DNA of 54,018 nt from a bacterium (GCA_031385045.1 JANNBC010000031.1:1-54018); one strand, 5' to 3'. Positions 9,776-19,916 are shown, counted from the stretch's first letter. Made by a program: numbers and translations. The notes: generated from the letters alone by a model not told the origin.

Positions 9776-11338
9776 TTAGCTCTGAGCTATTTCTAACCCA
9801 ATCAGGTTCCAATTAACAAGTAGTTGTTTAGAGGAACGATTTTTAGGATGCATAAGCTCATTAAAAGATTGCAGATTAATAATATCTTGGAATCTATCTA
9901 GTGCTTTAGTCCTAACTTCCAGAAGTTCTGGCTGTTGAATGTAAGCCAGAAAAGTTTCGGAGAAATCTGCTTTTTTCGCTTGAGTCCAATGTGAGCCAAG
10001 AGAATCCCTCAGCTGTAATTTTAAAAAGTTTTTTTTCGTTAAATCGTTAATACTTAAATTAAGAGCGAAGGCAATCATTTCTTTTCTTAAAAAAGGGTGA
10101 CTTCGATAGACCTGTTGAGATTTAGCTACTAAACAAGCTGATTCCAGATACTCTGAGAAATCAGGTGAAAACAATTGTTGTAGAAGTGCTAATTGATGGT
10201 TTTTAATATCACTAGGAAAACTTTCTTGTCTTTGATTCCAATGAGATAAGAAATTACATTCAGCATCAATAGTTAACCAAGGAAAAACTCTTTTCCTAAA
10301 TATTTTCCTAAGCTTAAAATCATTCAGTAGCTTAGATTTCAAGTGATCGATAGAAGAAAATTCTTTTTTAACTTTCCAAAGATTAAATAATTGATCTCCA
10401 CCAAAGCCATCAACTAGTACTTGATAATTTTTTGAGTTAAAAATTTTAAGATAAGCAAGAGAACTTAAACTGTTAGGATAATCAGGAAAATAGGCTAGCT
10501 TATTTGATAGTTGTTGGAGGCCAAGGAGATCAATTACCTTAAAATTCGATTTAGAATTATAATGTGGTCTTAATTGAAGAAAATTATTAATTTGTGTTGT
10601 CTCATCACAGATAAATTCTGGAAATAGGATTGAGTAAGATTTTAGAGATTCAGAACCTAATAGTTTCCAGCAAGTATCAGCTAGGGTCATGGAATCTAGC
10701 CCACCACTAAGTTCACAATTCACTAAAGGTCTGTATTGTTTCATCTCCTGTTGCAAAATTTTTGAAAAACTAGAGCTCGTAGATTTTAAATTTAAAAGAT
10801 CAATTGGTTGAATTTTATTTTTTGATTTAATTTGATAATCTTGAAATTCAATAATCTGACCTGGCAAGACTTTCAAAATATTTTCCCAAAGAGTTAACTC
10901 TGTGCTTGAGAATTCACCAGTTAAATATTCTAAAACTTTTAGTTCCGATAATTCTTTGGTAAGTTTTAATTCTTTAAAGCTTAAAAAACTATCTGAAATA
11001 ATTAATTCTTGTTCTGTTAAGTAATAATATAAGGTTTCAGTTCCAGGAAAATCACGAGCAATTAAGATTTGTTTTGTCTCGGAATTAAAACTTAAGATTG
11101 CTGCTTCTTGTCCAATTAGAAAATTAGGGTCTTTGTTTTGTAGAAGTTGTAAATTAGAATTTTCCAAAAGTTTGATAAGCGGGGAATTAACTACTGAAAT
11201 AATATTAGAGTTCTGACCTACGGGACGTTCGCTGAAAAGTAATGTGCTTTGATCTTGATAAACTGGCGATTCGTCCTTCGCTAGGATCTTTTGCCAATAT
11301 GGAACTCTTGTGGAATGAATAAATAAAAAACTGTTCAA
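9776..11338 (-). CDS. Asparagine synthase-like lasso cyclase (C protein)
   Basis: SGGLDS PP-loop, GFGGDQLF and HPF motifs. It lacks the N-terminal MCG(I) catalytic Cys of glutamine-hydrolysing AsnB and lies directly downstream of a PqqD gene. Confidence 0.75.
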   Translation of the reverse strand: MNSFLFIHSTRVPYWQKILAKDESPVYQDQSTLLFSERPVGQNSNIISVVNSPLIKLLENSNLQLLQNKDPNFLIGQEAAILSFNSETKQILIARDFPGTETLYYYLTEQELIISDSFLSFKELKLTKELSELKVLEYLTGEFSSTELTLWENILKVLPGQIIEFQDYQIKSKNKIQPIDLLNLKSTSSSFSKILQQEMKQYRPLVNCELSGGLDSMTLADTCWKLLGSESLKSYSILFPEFICDETTQINNFLQLRPHYNSKSNFKVIDLLGLQQLSNKLAYFPDYPNSLSSLAYLKIFNSKNYQVLVDGFGGDQLFNLWKVKKEFSSIDHLKSKLLNDFKLRKIFRKRVFPWLTIDAECNFLSHWNQRQESFPSDIKNHQLALLQQLFSPDFSEYLESACLVAKSQQVYRSHPFLRKEMIAFALNLSINDLTKKNFLKLQLRDSLGSHWTQAKKADFSETFLAYIQQPELLEVRTKALDRFQDIINLQSFNELMHPKNRSSKQLLVNWNLIGLEIAQS

Positions 11339-11339
11339 A

Positions 11340-11618
11340 TTAGCTAAGTTTGATTAAACCATTAAGTTCTAGCTCTTTAATTAGTTCTAGTAGATCCGAT
11401 TTTAATTCTTCTTCAGGAATCAAAAAATTATCTTTAAGCATTGCGAGAGCTTGCTCAATATTGTTACTTGTAATCAAGGCTTGGTACATCTGGAATGCAG
11501 TAGAATTAAGACCATAATAATTCTCATTATTTAAGTTTAAGGCGACTGCCGATTGGTTAATCTCAGTAATATGAGTACCAGGAATAGCTGTAACCTTACT
11601 TGATAATTTAATACTCAT
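11340..11618 (-). CDS. PqqD-family RiPP recognition element (lasso B1)
   Basis: AVALNL...YYGLNSTA...DLLELIKELELNGLI pattern. The likely start is the ATG at 11618; the ORF is open to 11666. Confidence 0.85.
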   Translation of the reverse strand: MSIKLSSKVTAIPGTHITEINQSAVALNLNNENYYGLNSTAFQMYQALITSNNIEQALAMLKDNFLIPEEELKSDLLELIKELELNGLIKLS

Positions 11619-11862
11619 ATTTTTATCTGGCGGAAGTAGAACACCATAGTTGTTGTTTTTAGGCATTCAAACCTGGCTTTAGCCAGGATTTGAAAAGCCC
11701 GAGTCCAAAAAATAATTTCCTTAACGGAAATTTTTTTGGACTCTCTATAGCAAGTTTTGGATAATTCTAATACTTTCAACTTGTACGAGTTAGGGGGGAC
11801 AAGCGACTTTTAGTATAGTAACATTAAAATACACTCTGTACTACTGGCTTGTCACTATTTAC

Positions 11863-12288
11863 ATGTTTAGTAAACGTTCACTAATGTTTAATTCTTTTAA
11901 AATTTTGATGAAATTTCCTAATCGAGGAATGCTACTCCAGATACTACTGGTCGCAATGCTTGTAAAACTTCTACTCCTTGTTATTTCATATCAACGAACA
12001 GTTAAGATCTGTCGATTTCTAAGTCACGCTAACCTGCGCTATCAGCTAACTTTCTTAGAATTGCAGGAATTAAGCTATCGAATAGCAGCGACTTTTGCTA
12101 TTTTTAATCACTGCTTAGTCTGGTCTTTAGCTTTATTTACAGTTTTTAAAATAACTTTTCCTGAGCTAGCGATTAAGATTGGAGTTAATCAAGAAGCTGG
12201 TTTTCAAGCTCATGCTTGGATTGAAAATCAAGGCCAAATCATAGACCTTAGCCAAAGTAACTTTCAAGAAATTTATTGTGAAAATTAG
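11863..12288 (+). CDS. Lasso peptide B2 leader peptidase (transglutaminase-like)
   Basis: CLVWSLA, IGV and FQAHAWIE with catalytic Cys/His. Start codon uncertain. Confidence 0.85.
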   Translation: MFSKRSLMFNSFKILMKFPNRGMLLQILLVAMLVKLLLLVISYQRTVKICRFLSHANLRYQLTFLELQELSYRIAATFAIFNHCLVWSLALFTVFKITFPELAIKIGVNQEAGFQAHAWIENQGQIIDLSQSNFQEIYCEN

Positions 12289-12375
12289 ATGCAGGCCTTT
12301 TTGGAAAAACCTTATCGGTATTTATTTTACTATAAATTGCTCGTTGCAATTTGTACCAATTTTGGAGGGCACTAA

Positions 12376-13707
12376 ATGTTAAGAGCCTCCTTAGTGATCA
12401 TGTTAACATTTTTTGGTTTAACGGCGAGCCTTTTTAATCCCTTTTGGGGAATGTTGCTTTATAACTGGTATTCATTTTTTTCACCCTTAGAATTAACCTA
12501 TGGAATATTAGAAGGATCCCGCTTGTCGCTAATTGCTGGTGCAGTTTTTATTGTGACAACATTTCTGCACAATCAAAAATTATTTACATTTAATGCGCTT
12601 ACCTGGCTTGTTATTCTTTTTTTAGTTCATGTCATCTTATCGATGGCCTTTCAGTATAATCAAACTTGGGGTTCAGTCTTTAGCTCCAGTGAATTTTTGA
12701 TTAAAAGTATTTTAGTCGCAATTATTAGTCCGATCGTAATTATTAACCGTGCGTACTTGAAATACTACATTGCATTTATTGCTGTAGTGATTAGTTTCCT
12801 AGCTTTTTATTATGGTGTTTTTGGACTGTTAGCTGGTTCACAATCAATTAGTGGTACTGGGAGAATTGGTGATAATAATGTTTATGCTGCAGTTTTAGTT
12901 GGAGCGCTACCAATAACTATCGGTTTATTTTTTGCATACAAGCCTTGGTACTGCAAGCTTGCTAGCATTACACTTTCCTTGGGTACCTTACTTGCAATCA
13001 TGATGACCTTTTCTCGTGGTGGGTTTTTGGCTTTATTGACTGTTACAATCCTATTAATTCTTAAAATTAAAATTAAGCTCTTAATCCCATTTTTATTGAT
13101 GGTTGGGATTATTGGATATTACGTATATGACAGCAATCAAATCGTTAGCTTAGAACAGTATTCCTTTGATCGTGATTTTCAATCTAATAATCCAGTTCGT
13201 CAAACGATAGATTCTTTCCAGGCTAGGATGTCAACCTTGCTAAATAAGCCAGAAGAAGATGAATCTGGTAAATCACGAATTCATTTTTGGAAAGTTGCCT
13301 GGTTAATGGCCCTAGATAACCCGATTTGGGGGGTTGGTATTGAGCAGTATCGGGATCGATTTCATGAATATGATTTCACAGATGGACAGTATGGTGAAAG
13401 CCGTGCAGTGCATAGTTTATATTTTCAACTAATAGCTGAAATTGGTTTTGTAGGTTCCATTATTTTTTCATTAATTATTATTTGTTGTTTTAAATATTTT
13501 TATTCTGGCTTAAAAAGTTTACGAAAATTAGATGATCAAGATAACTTAGCAAGCTTGGTTAGTTTTGTACCAATTGGCTTAGTTGGTTTTCTAACTGCTG
13601 GTATTTTTGTCAATTCATTTCACGCTGAAGTTATTTGGTTTTATATTACAGTGGCAATAGCTCTTAAAAAATTAACTAGGGAGACAGATGAAGCTATTAT
13701 TAATTAG
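12376..13707 (+). CDS. O-antigen ligase-like O-glycosylation ligase (exosortase/PEP-CTERM-associated type)
   Basis: Multi-TM; GDNN, TFSRGG, PIWGVG and HSLYFQ..AEIG motifs. Confidence 0.8.
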   Translation: MLRASLVIMLTFFGLTASLFNPFWGMLLYNWYSFFSPLELTYGILEGSRLSLIAGAVFIVTTFLHNQKLFTFNALTWLVILFLVHVILSMAFQYNQTWGSVFSSSEFLIKSILVAIISPIVIINRAYLKYYIAFIAVVISFLAFYYGVFGLLAGSQSISGTGRIGDNNVYAAVLVGALPITIGLFFAYKPWYCKLASITLSLGTLLAIMMTFSRGGFLALLTVTILLILKIKIKLLIPFLLMVGIIGYYVYDSNQIVSLEQYSFDRDFQSNNPVRQTIDSFQARMSTLLNKPEEDESGKSRIHFWKVAWLMALDNPIWGVGIEQYRDRFHEYDFTDGQYGESRAVHSLYFQLIAEIGFVGSIIFSLIIICCFKYFYSGLKSLRKLDDQDNLASLVSFVPIGLVGFLTAGIFVNSFHAEVIWFYITVAIALKKLTRETDEAIIN

Positions 13708-14845
13708 CCCTAACTATCCATTTCCAAAAGATAAAGGTGACCGAATTAGGATTAATGGCCTACTGCGTATTCTGCAAGCATTAGATTATGAAATTGATTT
13801 AATTTGCCTTGATGCTCGAGGAAAAGTTTTAAGTCAGGAACTACACATCAGTAACCAGGAGATTTATCAAATTAAAAAACTACCTGTTTGGATTCGAATG
13901 ATTAAAAATTTATTCTTGGGAAAAAGTTTTACAAGTGCACATTATTATAGCCATGGTTTTCTTTCCTCACTTAAGCAGAAGCTAGATTCTAATAATTACG
14001 AAATCATTTTTGTTTGCTCTTCAGCCTTTGATTATTTACTTCCGATATTAAAAAATTATCAAACTAAAGTTATCTGGGATTTAATTGATTTTGATTCCTT
14101 AAAGTGGGCTAAATTTGCTTTGACTAGTTCCAGAATTAAATTATGGCTTTATCAAAGAGAGGCTCGTCTCATTAAGCAAGCCGAAAAAGATATTATTAAA
14201 TTTGCAAGTTATGTTTCTGTAATTAGCCAGCGCGAAATAGATCGGGCTAATTTAAATAAAGAAGAAATCGAAAAAGTTTTTATTCTACCTCAATTAATCG
14301 AAGCTTGTGCTTTTCACTCTGAAAAAGTTGATCCACCACAAATAATTTTCTCTGGTCAAATGGATTATTTACCAAATATTGAAGCTGTAAAGTTTTTTGA
14401 TCAAGAGGTGATGCCATTAGTGAAGCAACAGCATCCTGATATCATATTTAAAGTTGCTGGTCGTAATCCAAGTGCTGAGTTGATTGCCAGTGCTAAACAT
14501 ACTTTTTTTACTGGTGAAATTGAGGATATGGCTTCTGTCAATAGCAAGTCGCGGATTGCCGTTGTTCCTTTGAAATCAGTATTTGGAGTTCCAATTAAGG
14601 TTTTAGATGCCATGTCGCTGGGCCTTCCAGTAATTGCAACAACCGATGTCGCTAAAACGATTGAAGCAAAGGATGGCGTGGAACTTTTAATAGCAAATTC
14701 TGCGATGGAGTTTGTTAGTCAGATTGATTTACTGTTAAGGGATCAGGAACTTGGCCTAAGGATTGCTCAAAATGCTAAGTCATTTATCGAAAACAAATTT
14801 AGTTTAAGAGTAATTAGTACTTTACTGAAGTCAAAACTAGAGTGA
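13688..14845 (+). CDS. GT4 sugar transferase (PEP-CTERM/XrtA-system type)
   Basis: YPFPKDKGDRIR N-terminus; DFDSLKW, GQMDYLPN and KVLDAMS motifs. Confidence 0.8.
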   Translation: MKLLLISPNYPFPKDKGDRIRINGLLRILQALDYEIDLICLDARGKVLSQELHISNQEIYQIKKLPVWIRMIKNLFLGKSFTSAHYYSHGFLSSLKQKLDSNNYEIIFVCSSAFDYLLPILKNYQTKVIWDLIDFDSLKWAKFALTSSRIKLWLYQREARLIKQAEKDIIKFASYVSVISQREIDRANLNKEEIEKVFILPQLIEACAFHSEKVDPPQIIFSGQMDYLPNIEAVKFFDQEVMPLVKQQHPDIIFKVAGRNPSAELIASAKHTFFTGEIEDMASVNSKSRIAVVPLKSVFGVPIKVLDAMSLGLPVIATTDVAKTIEAKDGVELLIANSAMEFVSQIDLLLRDQELGLRIAQNAKSFIENKFSLRVISTLLKSKLE

Positions 14846-15469
14846 TTTTTTTGTAAGCCAGGAATAGCCAGTCTGCCACATGATTTGAAGATCTAAGCCT
14901 AAGCTTCTATTTTGAATATATTCTAAATCTAGAATAATTTTTTCAGCGGGATTATGAGATACCCTCGGGTGGATTTGAGCTGGTCCAGTAATTCCAGGAT
15001 TAACAGCGAGACGTTCTACCCAATTATTGATTTTTAAGGAATTTTCATGGTGAAAATGAGGAATTTCTGGCCGTGGGCCGACAAAATTCATCTCTCCTTT
15101 AATAATATTAAATAATTGTGGTAATTCATCGAGTTTTTTTCTTCTTAGAAATTGACCAATCGGAGTAATGCGATTGTCAGTATAGGACTCACAGATAAAC
15201 GGTCCAGAGTTTGTAACTCCATCATACATTGTTTGAAATTTATAGATTACAAAGTGTTTACCATCTTTCCCTACTCTAATTTGTTTGAATATTGGGTTCT
15301 TGATTCCGGTCGAAAGTAAGACTAGGTAAACTGCCAATAAGGCTGGACTAAAGATGATTAATAGAAGGATTGCAAGGGAGATATTCCAAATAGTACTTAG
15401 ACAATTAGGCCTTTTAATACTAATATTTGGATCAGCATCGGTCTTTATTTTGGTAGCCAAATTTGTCAT
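14837..15469 (-). CDS. Bacterial sugar transferase (priming phosphoglycosyl transferase)
   Basis: FKQIRVG, KFQTM, LDELPQL, VGPRPE and PGITG motifs. Confidence 0.9.
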   Translation of the reverse strand: MTNLATKIKTDADPNISIKRPNCLSTIWNISLAILLLIIFSPALLAVYLVLLSTGIKNPIFKQIRVGKDGKHFVIYKFQTMYDGVTNSGPFICESYTDNRITPIGQFLRRKKLDELPQLFNIIKGEMNFVGPRPEIPHFHHENSLKINNWVERLAVNPGITGPAQIHPRVSHNPAEKIILDLEYIQNRSLGLDLQIMWQTGYSWLTKKSL

Positions 15470-17268
15470 ATTTTCAATTATTTAACATATTTTTCCGCTT
15501 ATTTAAACAAGCAAAAATACGTCGACGACTACTAGTGGGAGGAATCTTCTTTATTCTCTTAGCATCAGTCTTTCAGATGCTAGGACTTGGGCTAGTGATT
15601 CCAGTTTTAAATGCCTTAGTAGATGAAACTAAGTTCTACGGTATTGTGACTGCTCCAATTATTGGGTCTGTAATTCGCCATTTGCCCTTTGAGCCTAGTA
15701 ATCACAATATTTTTCTTTTAATGGTGGCAATTATTTTTTTGGCAGTAGTCTTAGAGAATATCGCCTTATTGCTTGGTCGATATTATTCCACTGTCGTGGA
15801 TCGAGAGTTTAATTACCAGCTTCGAGCACAAATTTTTGAGAAGTTTATTAATGTTAAACGTTCTTTTTTTGCTGAACAGAAAGCTGTCGAGCTTAATACA
15901 GTCTTAACTAACTTTCTGGGATCGGTTTCAAGAACAAATAATAATATTAACAATATTCTCATTCAACTATTTTTTTCAGTAATATTTTTATTTATGATGT
16001 TTATGATTTCTTGGCAATTAACCATGATTGCTTTGATCTTATTACCAATAATTCATGTCGTAACTAATTTCTTTATTAAGAAAATTGAAATTTCAGCTCA
16101 AGGTGCTGAGCAAAATCTGTTAGATATTAATAATCATGTTGATAATGTATTTAGGAATATTGGATTAGTGCAACTAAGTTGTAATCAAGAAAATGAAATA
16201 AAAAAGTTTTCTGGAAATAATTCTTTATTAGCAAATAATTTATCAAATGCGAGGTTGCGGGGATATTACGTTCCAGCAATAGTTGATGTCTTTAATGCTG
16301 CTGGGTCGTTATTGGTAGTGACTGCTAGTATCTTTATCTTTTTAACTTTTTCTAGTTACTCTTTAGGTCGCTTACTAGTGTTTTTTGTTAGCTTAAGACG
16401 CTTTGTCAGTAATATTCAACAGCTTTCTGGTACATACGTTCAATCTGTTGCCGAACTTCCCATGTTAAGAAAAGTTATTGCCTATTTAGATTATCAAGAA
16501 TTAGATCCTATTATTGATGGCACAAAAATTTTTACTAAAATAAATAATGGAATAGAATTTAGACAAGTAAATTTTGCTTATCAGGAAAAGAATCAAACGA
16601 TTAATAATGTAAATTTATTTATTCCGGCTAATAAAATTACTGCAATTGTTGGACCAAGTGGTGCAGGAAAAACTTCCTTAGTTAATTTAATTCCTCGTTT
16701 TTATGATGCACAAGCTGGCGCAATTTATGTTGATGGTGTTGACATCAAGGAATTCCAATTAGCTAGTTATCGCCGAAAAATTGCTATTGTTAGTCAGCAG
16801 GCAATGCTTTTTAACGATACTATTAAAGCAAATATTACTTATGGACTAGGAGATGTAAGTAATGACCTTTTAAATAGCTCGTTAGAGCAGGCACAGTTAA
16901 AAGACTTAATTTTGAAGCTGCCTCACGGGCTTGAATCTCAAGTTGGTACTCAAGGAGCCTATTTTTCTGGTGGTGAAATTCAAAGACTCTGTATCGCGCG
17001 GGCAATTATTGCTAATCCAGAGATTCTAATTTTAGATGAGCCGACAAGTGCGCTTGATGCGGAAACCGAGCGCAACTTAGAACTTGCCATGAAATCAATT
17101 TTACCTAATCGGACTGTAATTATTATTGCTCACCGTTTAGTTACAATTAGAAATGCTAATCAGATAATCTTTTTAGAAGATGGAGAGATTAAGGAAGTTG
17201 GTACTTTTGAAGAGTTAATGAGTAAAGGTGAACGCTTCGCTCAATACTGTAAACTACAAAATCTCTAG
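15463..17268 (+). CDS. ABC exporter, fused permease and ATPase (MsbA/PglK-like)
   Basis: N-terminal TM domain, GPSGAGKT, FSGGEIQR and LDEPTSALD. Start codon uncertain. Confidence 0.9.
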   Translation: MSYFQLFNIFFRLFKQAKIRRRLLVGGIFFILLASVFQMLGLGLVIPVLNALVDETKFYGIVTAPIIGSVIRHLPFEPSNHNIFLLMVAIIFLAVVLENIALLLGRYYSTVVDREFNYQLRAQIFEKFINVKRSFFAEQKAVELNTVLTNFLGSVSRTNNNINNILIQLFFSVIFLFMMFMISWQLTMIALILLPIIHVVTNFFIKKIEISAQGAEQNLLDINNHVDNVFRNIGLVQLSCNQENEIKKFSGNNSLLANNLSNARLRGYYVPAIVDVFNAAGSLLVVTASIFIFLTFSSYSLGRLLVFFVSLRRFVSNIQQLSGTYVQSVAELPMLRKVIAYLDYQELDPIIDGTKIFTKINNGIEFRQVNFAYQEKNQTINNVNLFIPANKITAIVGPSGAGKTSLVNLIPRFYDAQAGAIYVDGVDIKEFQLASYRRKIAIVSQQAMLFNDTIKANITYGLGDVSNDLLNSSLEQAQLKDLILKLPHGLESQVGTQGAYFSGGEIQRLCIARAIIANPEILILDEPTSALDAETERNLELAMKSILPNRTVIIIAHRLVTIRNANQIIFLEDGEIKEVGTFEELMSKGERFAQYCKLQNL

Positions 17269-17270
17269 CC

Positions 17271-18368
17271 ATGCGCAAGTTACTCTACATTGTTCATAGT
17301 TTAAATGTTGGTGGAACTGAAATCTTAGTTGCAAATCTGGCCAAAGAATTCGCTAAGGATTATCAAGTAGCAATTTTAGCACTAGACTCTATTGGTAAAA
17401 TTGGAGGCGACTTAAGTAATCAAGAGATTTCAATTTTCTGTATTAAGCGTCAACCTGGTTGGAAGTTAAGTAACTTTCTAAAGCTTTTTAAAGTTCTTCG
17501 AGATTTTAGTCCTGATCTAATTCATGCTCACCAGTATACTCCGTTTTTCTTTGCCGCAGTTGCTAAGACTTTTTTGCAAACAAAAGCCAAAATAATTTTC
17601 ACAGAACATGGTCGGCACTATCCGGATAAGGTCTCAGTTAAACGACAATTTGTGAACCAGTTGCTTTGGAAACAAGCCGCTAGTGTGACGGCAGTCTGTG
17701 CCTTTTCAGCTAAAGCTTTAGAGAATAAGGAAAAATACCCGGGGAAACCACTAGTCATTTATAATGGTATCAATGTGGAAAATCTCCCCTCCAGTATTAA
17801 TCTTCGAAAGGATTATAATCTAGGAGCTGATGCTATTTTAGTAGTTTACTTGGGAACATTTAGAACTGTTAAAAACCCTCGCTTGTTAGTTGAAGCTATG
17901 GCAATAGTTGTTAAGTCGAATCCCAAAGTATTTGCAATTATGATTGGCGATGGAGAGCAGAAAGAAACATTACTGGAGTTGATTGCCAGATTTTCCTTGG
18001 AAAGTAATATAATTTTACTAGGTGAATTACTTGACGTTTCACGCTATTGGTCAAATTTTAATTTTTTTGTTCAGCCGTCACTTTCCGAAGCACATTCTTT
18101 AGCTTTATTAGAAGCCATGAGTCAGGGTCTTCCAGCGATTGTGACTAATGTTGGAGGAGCTCCTGAAGTAATTAATAATAATCAGAATGGATTCTTAGTT
18201 GATTCTGAAGATGTTCAGGGTTTGGCCCAGAGAATCTTGATGCTGGCAGAAGATTTAGAGTTACAAAAAAAGCTAGGTGAGCAGGCGAAGAAAGATTACC
18301 AAGAAAAGTTTACTTCAGCAGTTATGCTTGATAATTATAAAAAGTTATATTTAAAATTATTGAGCTGA
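17271..18368 (+). CDS. Glycosyltransferase family 4
   Basis: GGTE, TEHG and SEAHSLALLEAM motifs. Confidence 0.9.
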   Translation: MRKLLYIVHSLNVGGTEILVANLAKEFAKDYQVAILALDSIGKIGGDLSNQEISIFCIKRQPGWKLSNFLKLFKVLRDFSPDLIHAHQYTPFFFAAVAKTFLQTKAKIIFTEHGRHYPDKVSVKRQFVNQLLWKQAASVTAVCAFSAKALENKEKYPGKPLVIYNGINVENLPSSINLRKDYNLGADAILVVYLGTFRTVKNPRLLVEAMAIVVKSNPKVFAIMIGDGEQKETLLELIARFSLESNIILLGELLDVSRYWSNFNFFVQPSLSEAHSLALLEAMSQGLPAIVTNVGGAPEVINNNQNGFLVDSEDVQGLAQRILMLAEDLELQKKLGEQAKKDYQEKFTSAVMLDNYKKLYLKLLS

Positions 18369-18369
18369 A

Positions 18370-19911
18370 ATGAAGATAACTAGTGATGACTTACTTTTCG
18401 CTGATAAGCCATCGGGGATATCTACCCATAGTCCAGATGTTAACATTTTAGGTTTTGTAGAATATCTCTCTAAGCAGTTGGCAGAAAAACTATATGTTTG
18501 TCATCGCCTAGATAAGGATACTTCGGGGGCAATTGTTTTTGCAAAATCCAAAGAGGTCGCTGCTGAAATTGCTGAATTATTTGAAAAGCATCAAGTTCAT
18601 AAAACTTATCGATTTGTTACTGATCGTAAACCACAATTGCCAGCTGAAATTTTGATTGAAACTGAAATTCTAAAAATCGGTAATAGTTATCTTTCCAAAA
18701 AATCCACGACTCCAAATTCTAAAACAGTCTTTAATAAAAAATTAGAACTAGGAGAATTCACTATTTGGGAAGCATTTCCAGAAACAGGTAAGACTCATCA
18801 AATTCGCCTTCATGCCAAAGAGTTAGGAATTGAAATCTTAGGTGATACAGAGCATGGGGGCTCATTCTTTCCGCGACTAATGCTTCACGCTAGCAATTTG
18901 TCATTTCAGATCAGGGGGAAGGATCTAACATTTAGTGCTCCTGTCCCCGAATCTTTTAGCTCAATCCAGATTCTTACTGATCAAGTATTAGCGCAGTATT
19001 TTACTTGCCTAGATCGCCGCCGCCGACTTTTTGATTTCCAATCTGATTCGACCAATACTATTCGGATCATTCATAATCAAGGGTGGGGAATGTCTGCCGA
19101 TTTACTCGGAGATTATTTGTGGTGCTATTGGTATGATCAGCGATTGCCTGGAGAGTCTGATCTAGAAAGAATTAAGAAATTAGCGAATAGTATTGGTGTC
19201 AAAGGTTGGAAAGTGCAGTTGATGGAGAATAGAGGTGTCGCTCCAGTAGCAGTGCATAGCTTATCAACCATTGATTGTGCAGATTGGCTTGGATTAGAAA
19301 ACCAAGTTAAGTATATTTTTAAAAGAGAACAAGGATACTCTCCAGGCTTATTTTTAGATCAAAGACAAAATCGTGCTTGGGTCAAAGCTCATAGTCTGCA
19401 AAAGAAAGTTTTAAATCTTTTTTGCTATACCGCAGGATTTAGTGTTTGCGCAGCCTTAGGAGGAGCATTCGAGGTCGTTAGTGTTGATACCAGTAAAGCA
19501 ACCTTAGACTGGGGACGAGATAATTTTATTGTTAATGAATTAGATCCTAGTAAGTACGAATTTTGGGCAGCAGATGCTCGGTATTTTATAGCAGGAGCTA
19601 AGAAAAAGAATCGTCAGTTTGATTTGATTATTTGTGATCCGCCCTCTTTTGCTAGAAATAAACAAGGTGTTTTTAAATTAGATCGAGATTTTCAGGATCT
19701 CTTGCAAGAACTCTATGAAATCTTAAGTCCGCAAGGAAGAATTTTATTTTCTCTAAACCTGGAGAAATGGAACTATCAAAAATTCCAAGAAGAGATCCGT
19801 CAGACTAAATTACCAGGCCTGCGAATTGAAGCTTCCCCAATTAGGGATCTAGACTATGAATTGCCAGGAGAAGAACTTGTGATGAAATCTTTATTTATTG
19901 TGAAAAGCTAG
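18370..19911 (+). CDS. RluA-family pseudouridine synthase fused to an RlmI/RlmK-like SAM methyltransferase
   Basis: KPSG, HRLDKDTSG and TGKTHQIR in the N-half; GLFLDQR, LNLFCYT and DPPSF in the C-half. Confidence 0.85.
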   Translation: MKITSDDLLFADKPSGISTHSPDVNILGFVEYLSKQLAEKLYVCHRLDKDTSGAIVFAKSKEVAAEIAELFEKHQVHKTYRFVTDRKPQLPAEILIETEILKIGNSYLSKKSTTPNSKTVFNKKLELGEFTIWEAFPETGKTHQIRLHAKELGIEILGDTEHGGSFFPRLMLHASNLSFQIRGKDLTFSAPVPESFSSIQILTDQVLAQYFTCLDRRRRLFDFQSDSTNTIRIIHNQGWGMSADLLGDYLWCYWYDQRLPGESDLERIKKLANSIGVKGWKVQLMENRGVAPVAVHSLSTIDCADWLGLENQVKYIFKREQGYSPGLFLDQRQNRAWVKAHSLQKKVLNLFCYTAGFSVCAALGGAFEVVSVDTSKATLDWGRDNFIVNELDPSKYEFWAADARYFIAGAKKKNRQFDLIICDPPSFARNKQGVFKLDRDFQDLLQELYEILSPQGRILFSLNLEKWNYQKFQEEIRQTKLPGLRIEASPIRDLDYELPGEELVMKSLFIVKS

Positions 19912-19916
19912 CTTGT

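Noticed and set aside
11620..11813. Short ORFs in the B1-B2 spacer as a lasso precursor
   Set aside because: None has a YxxPxL leader or a Thr(-2) followed by a core with Asp/Glu at position 7-9.
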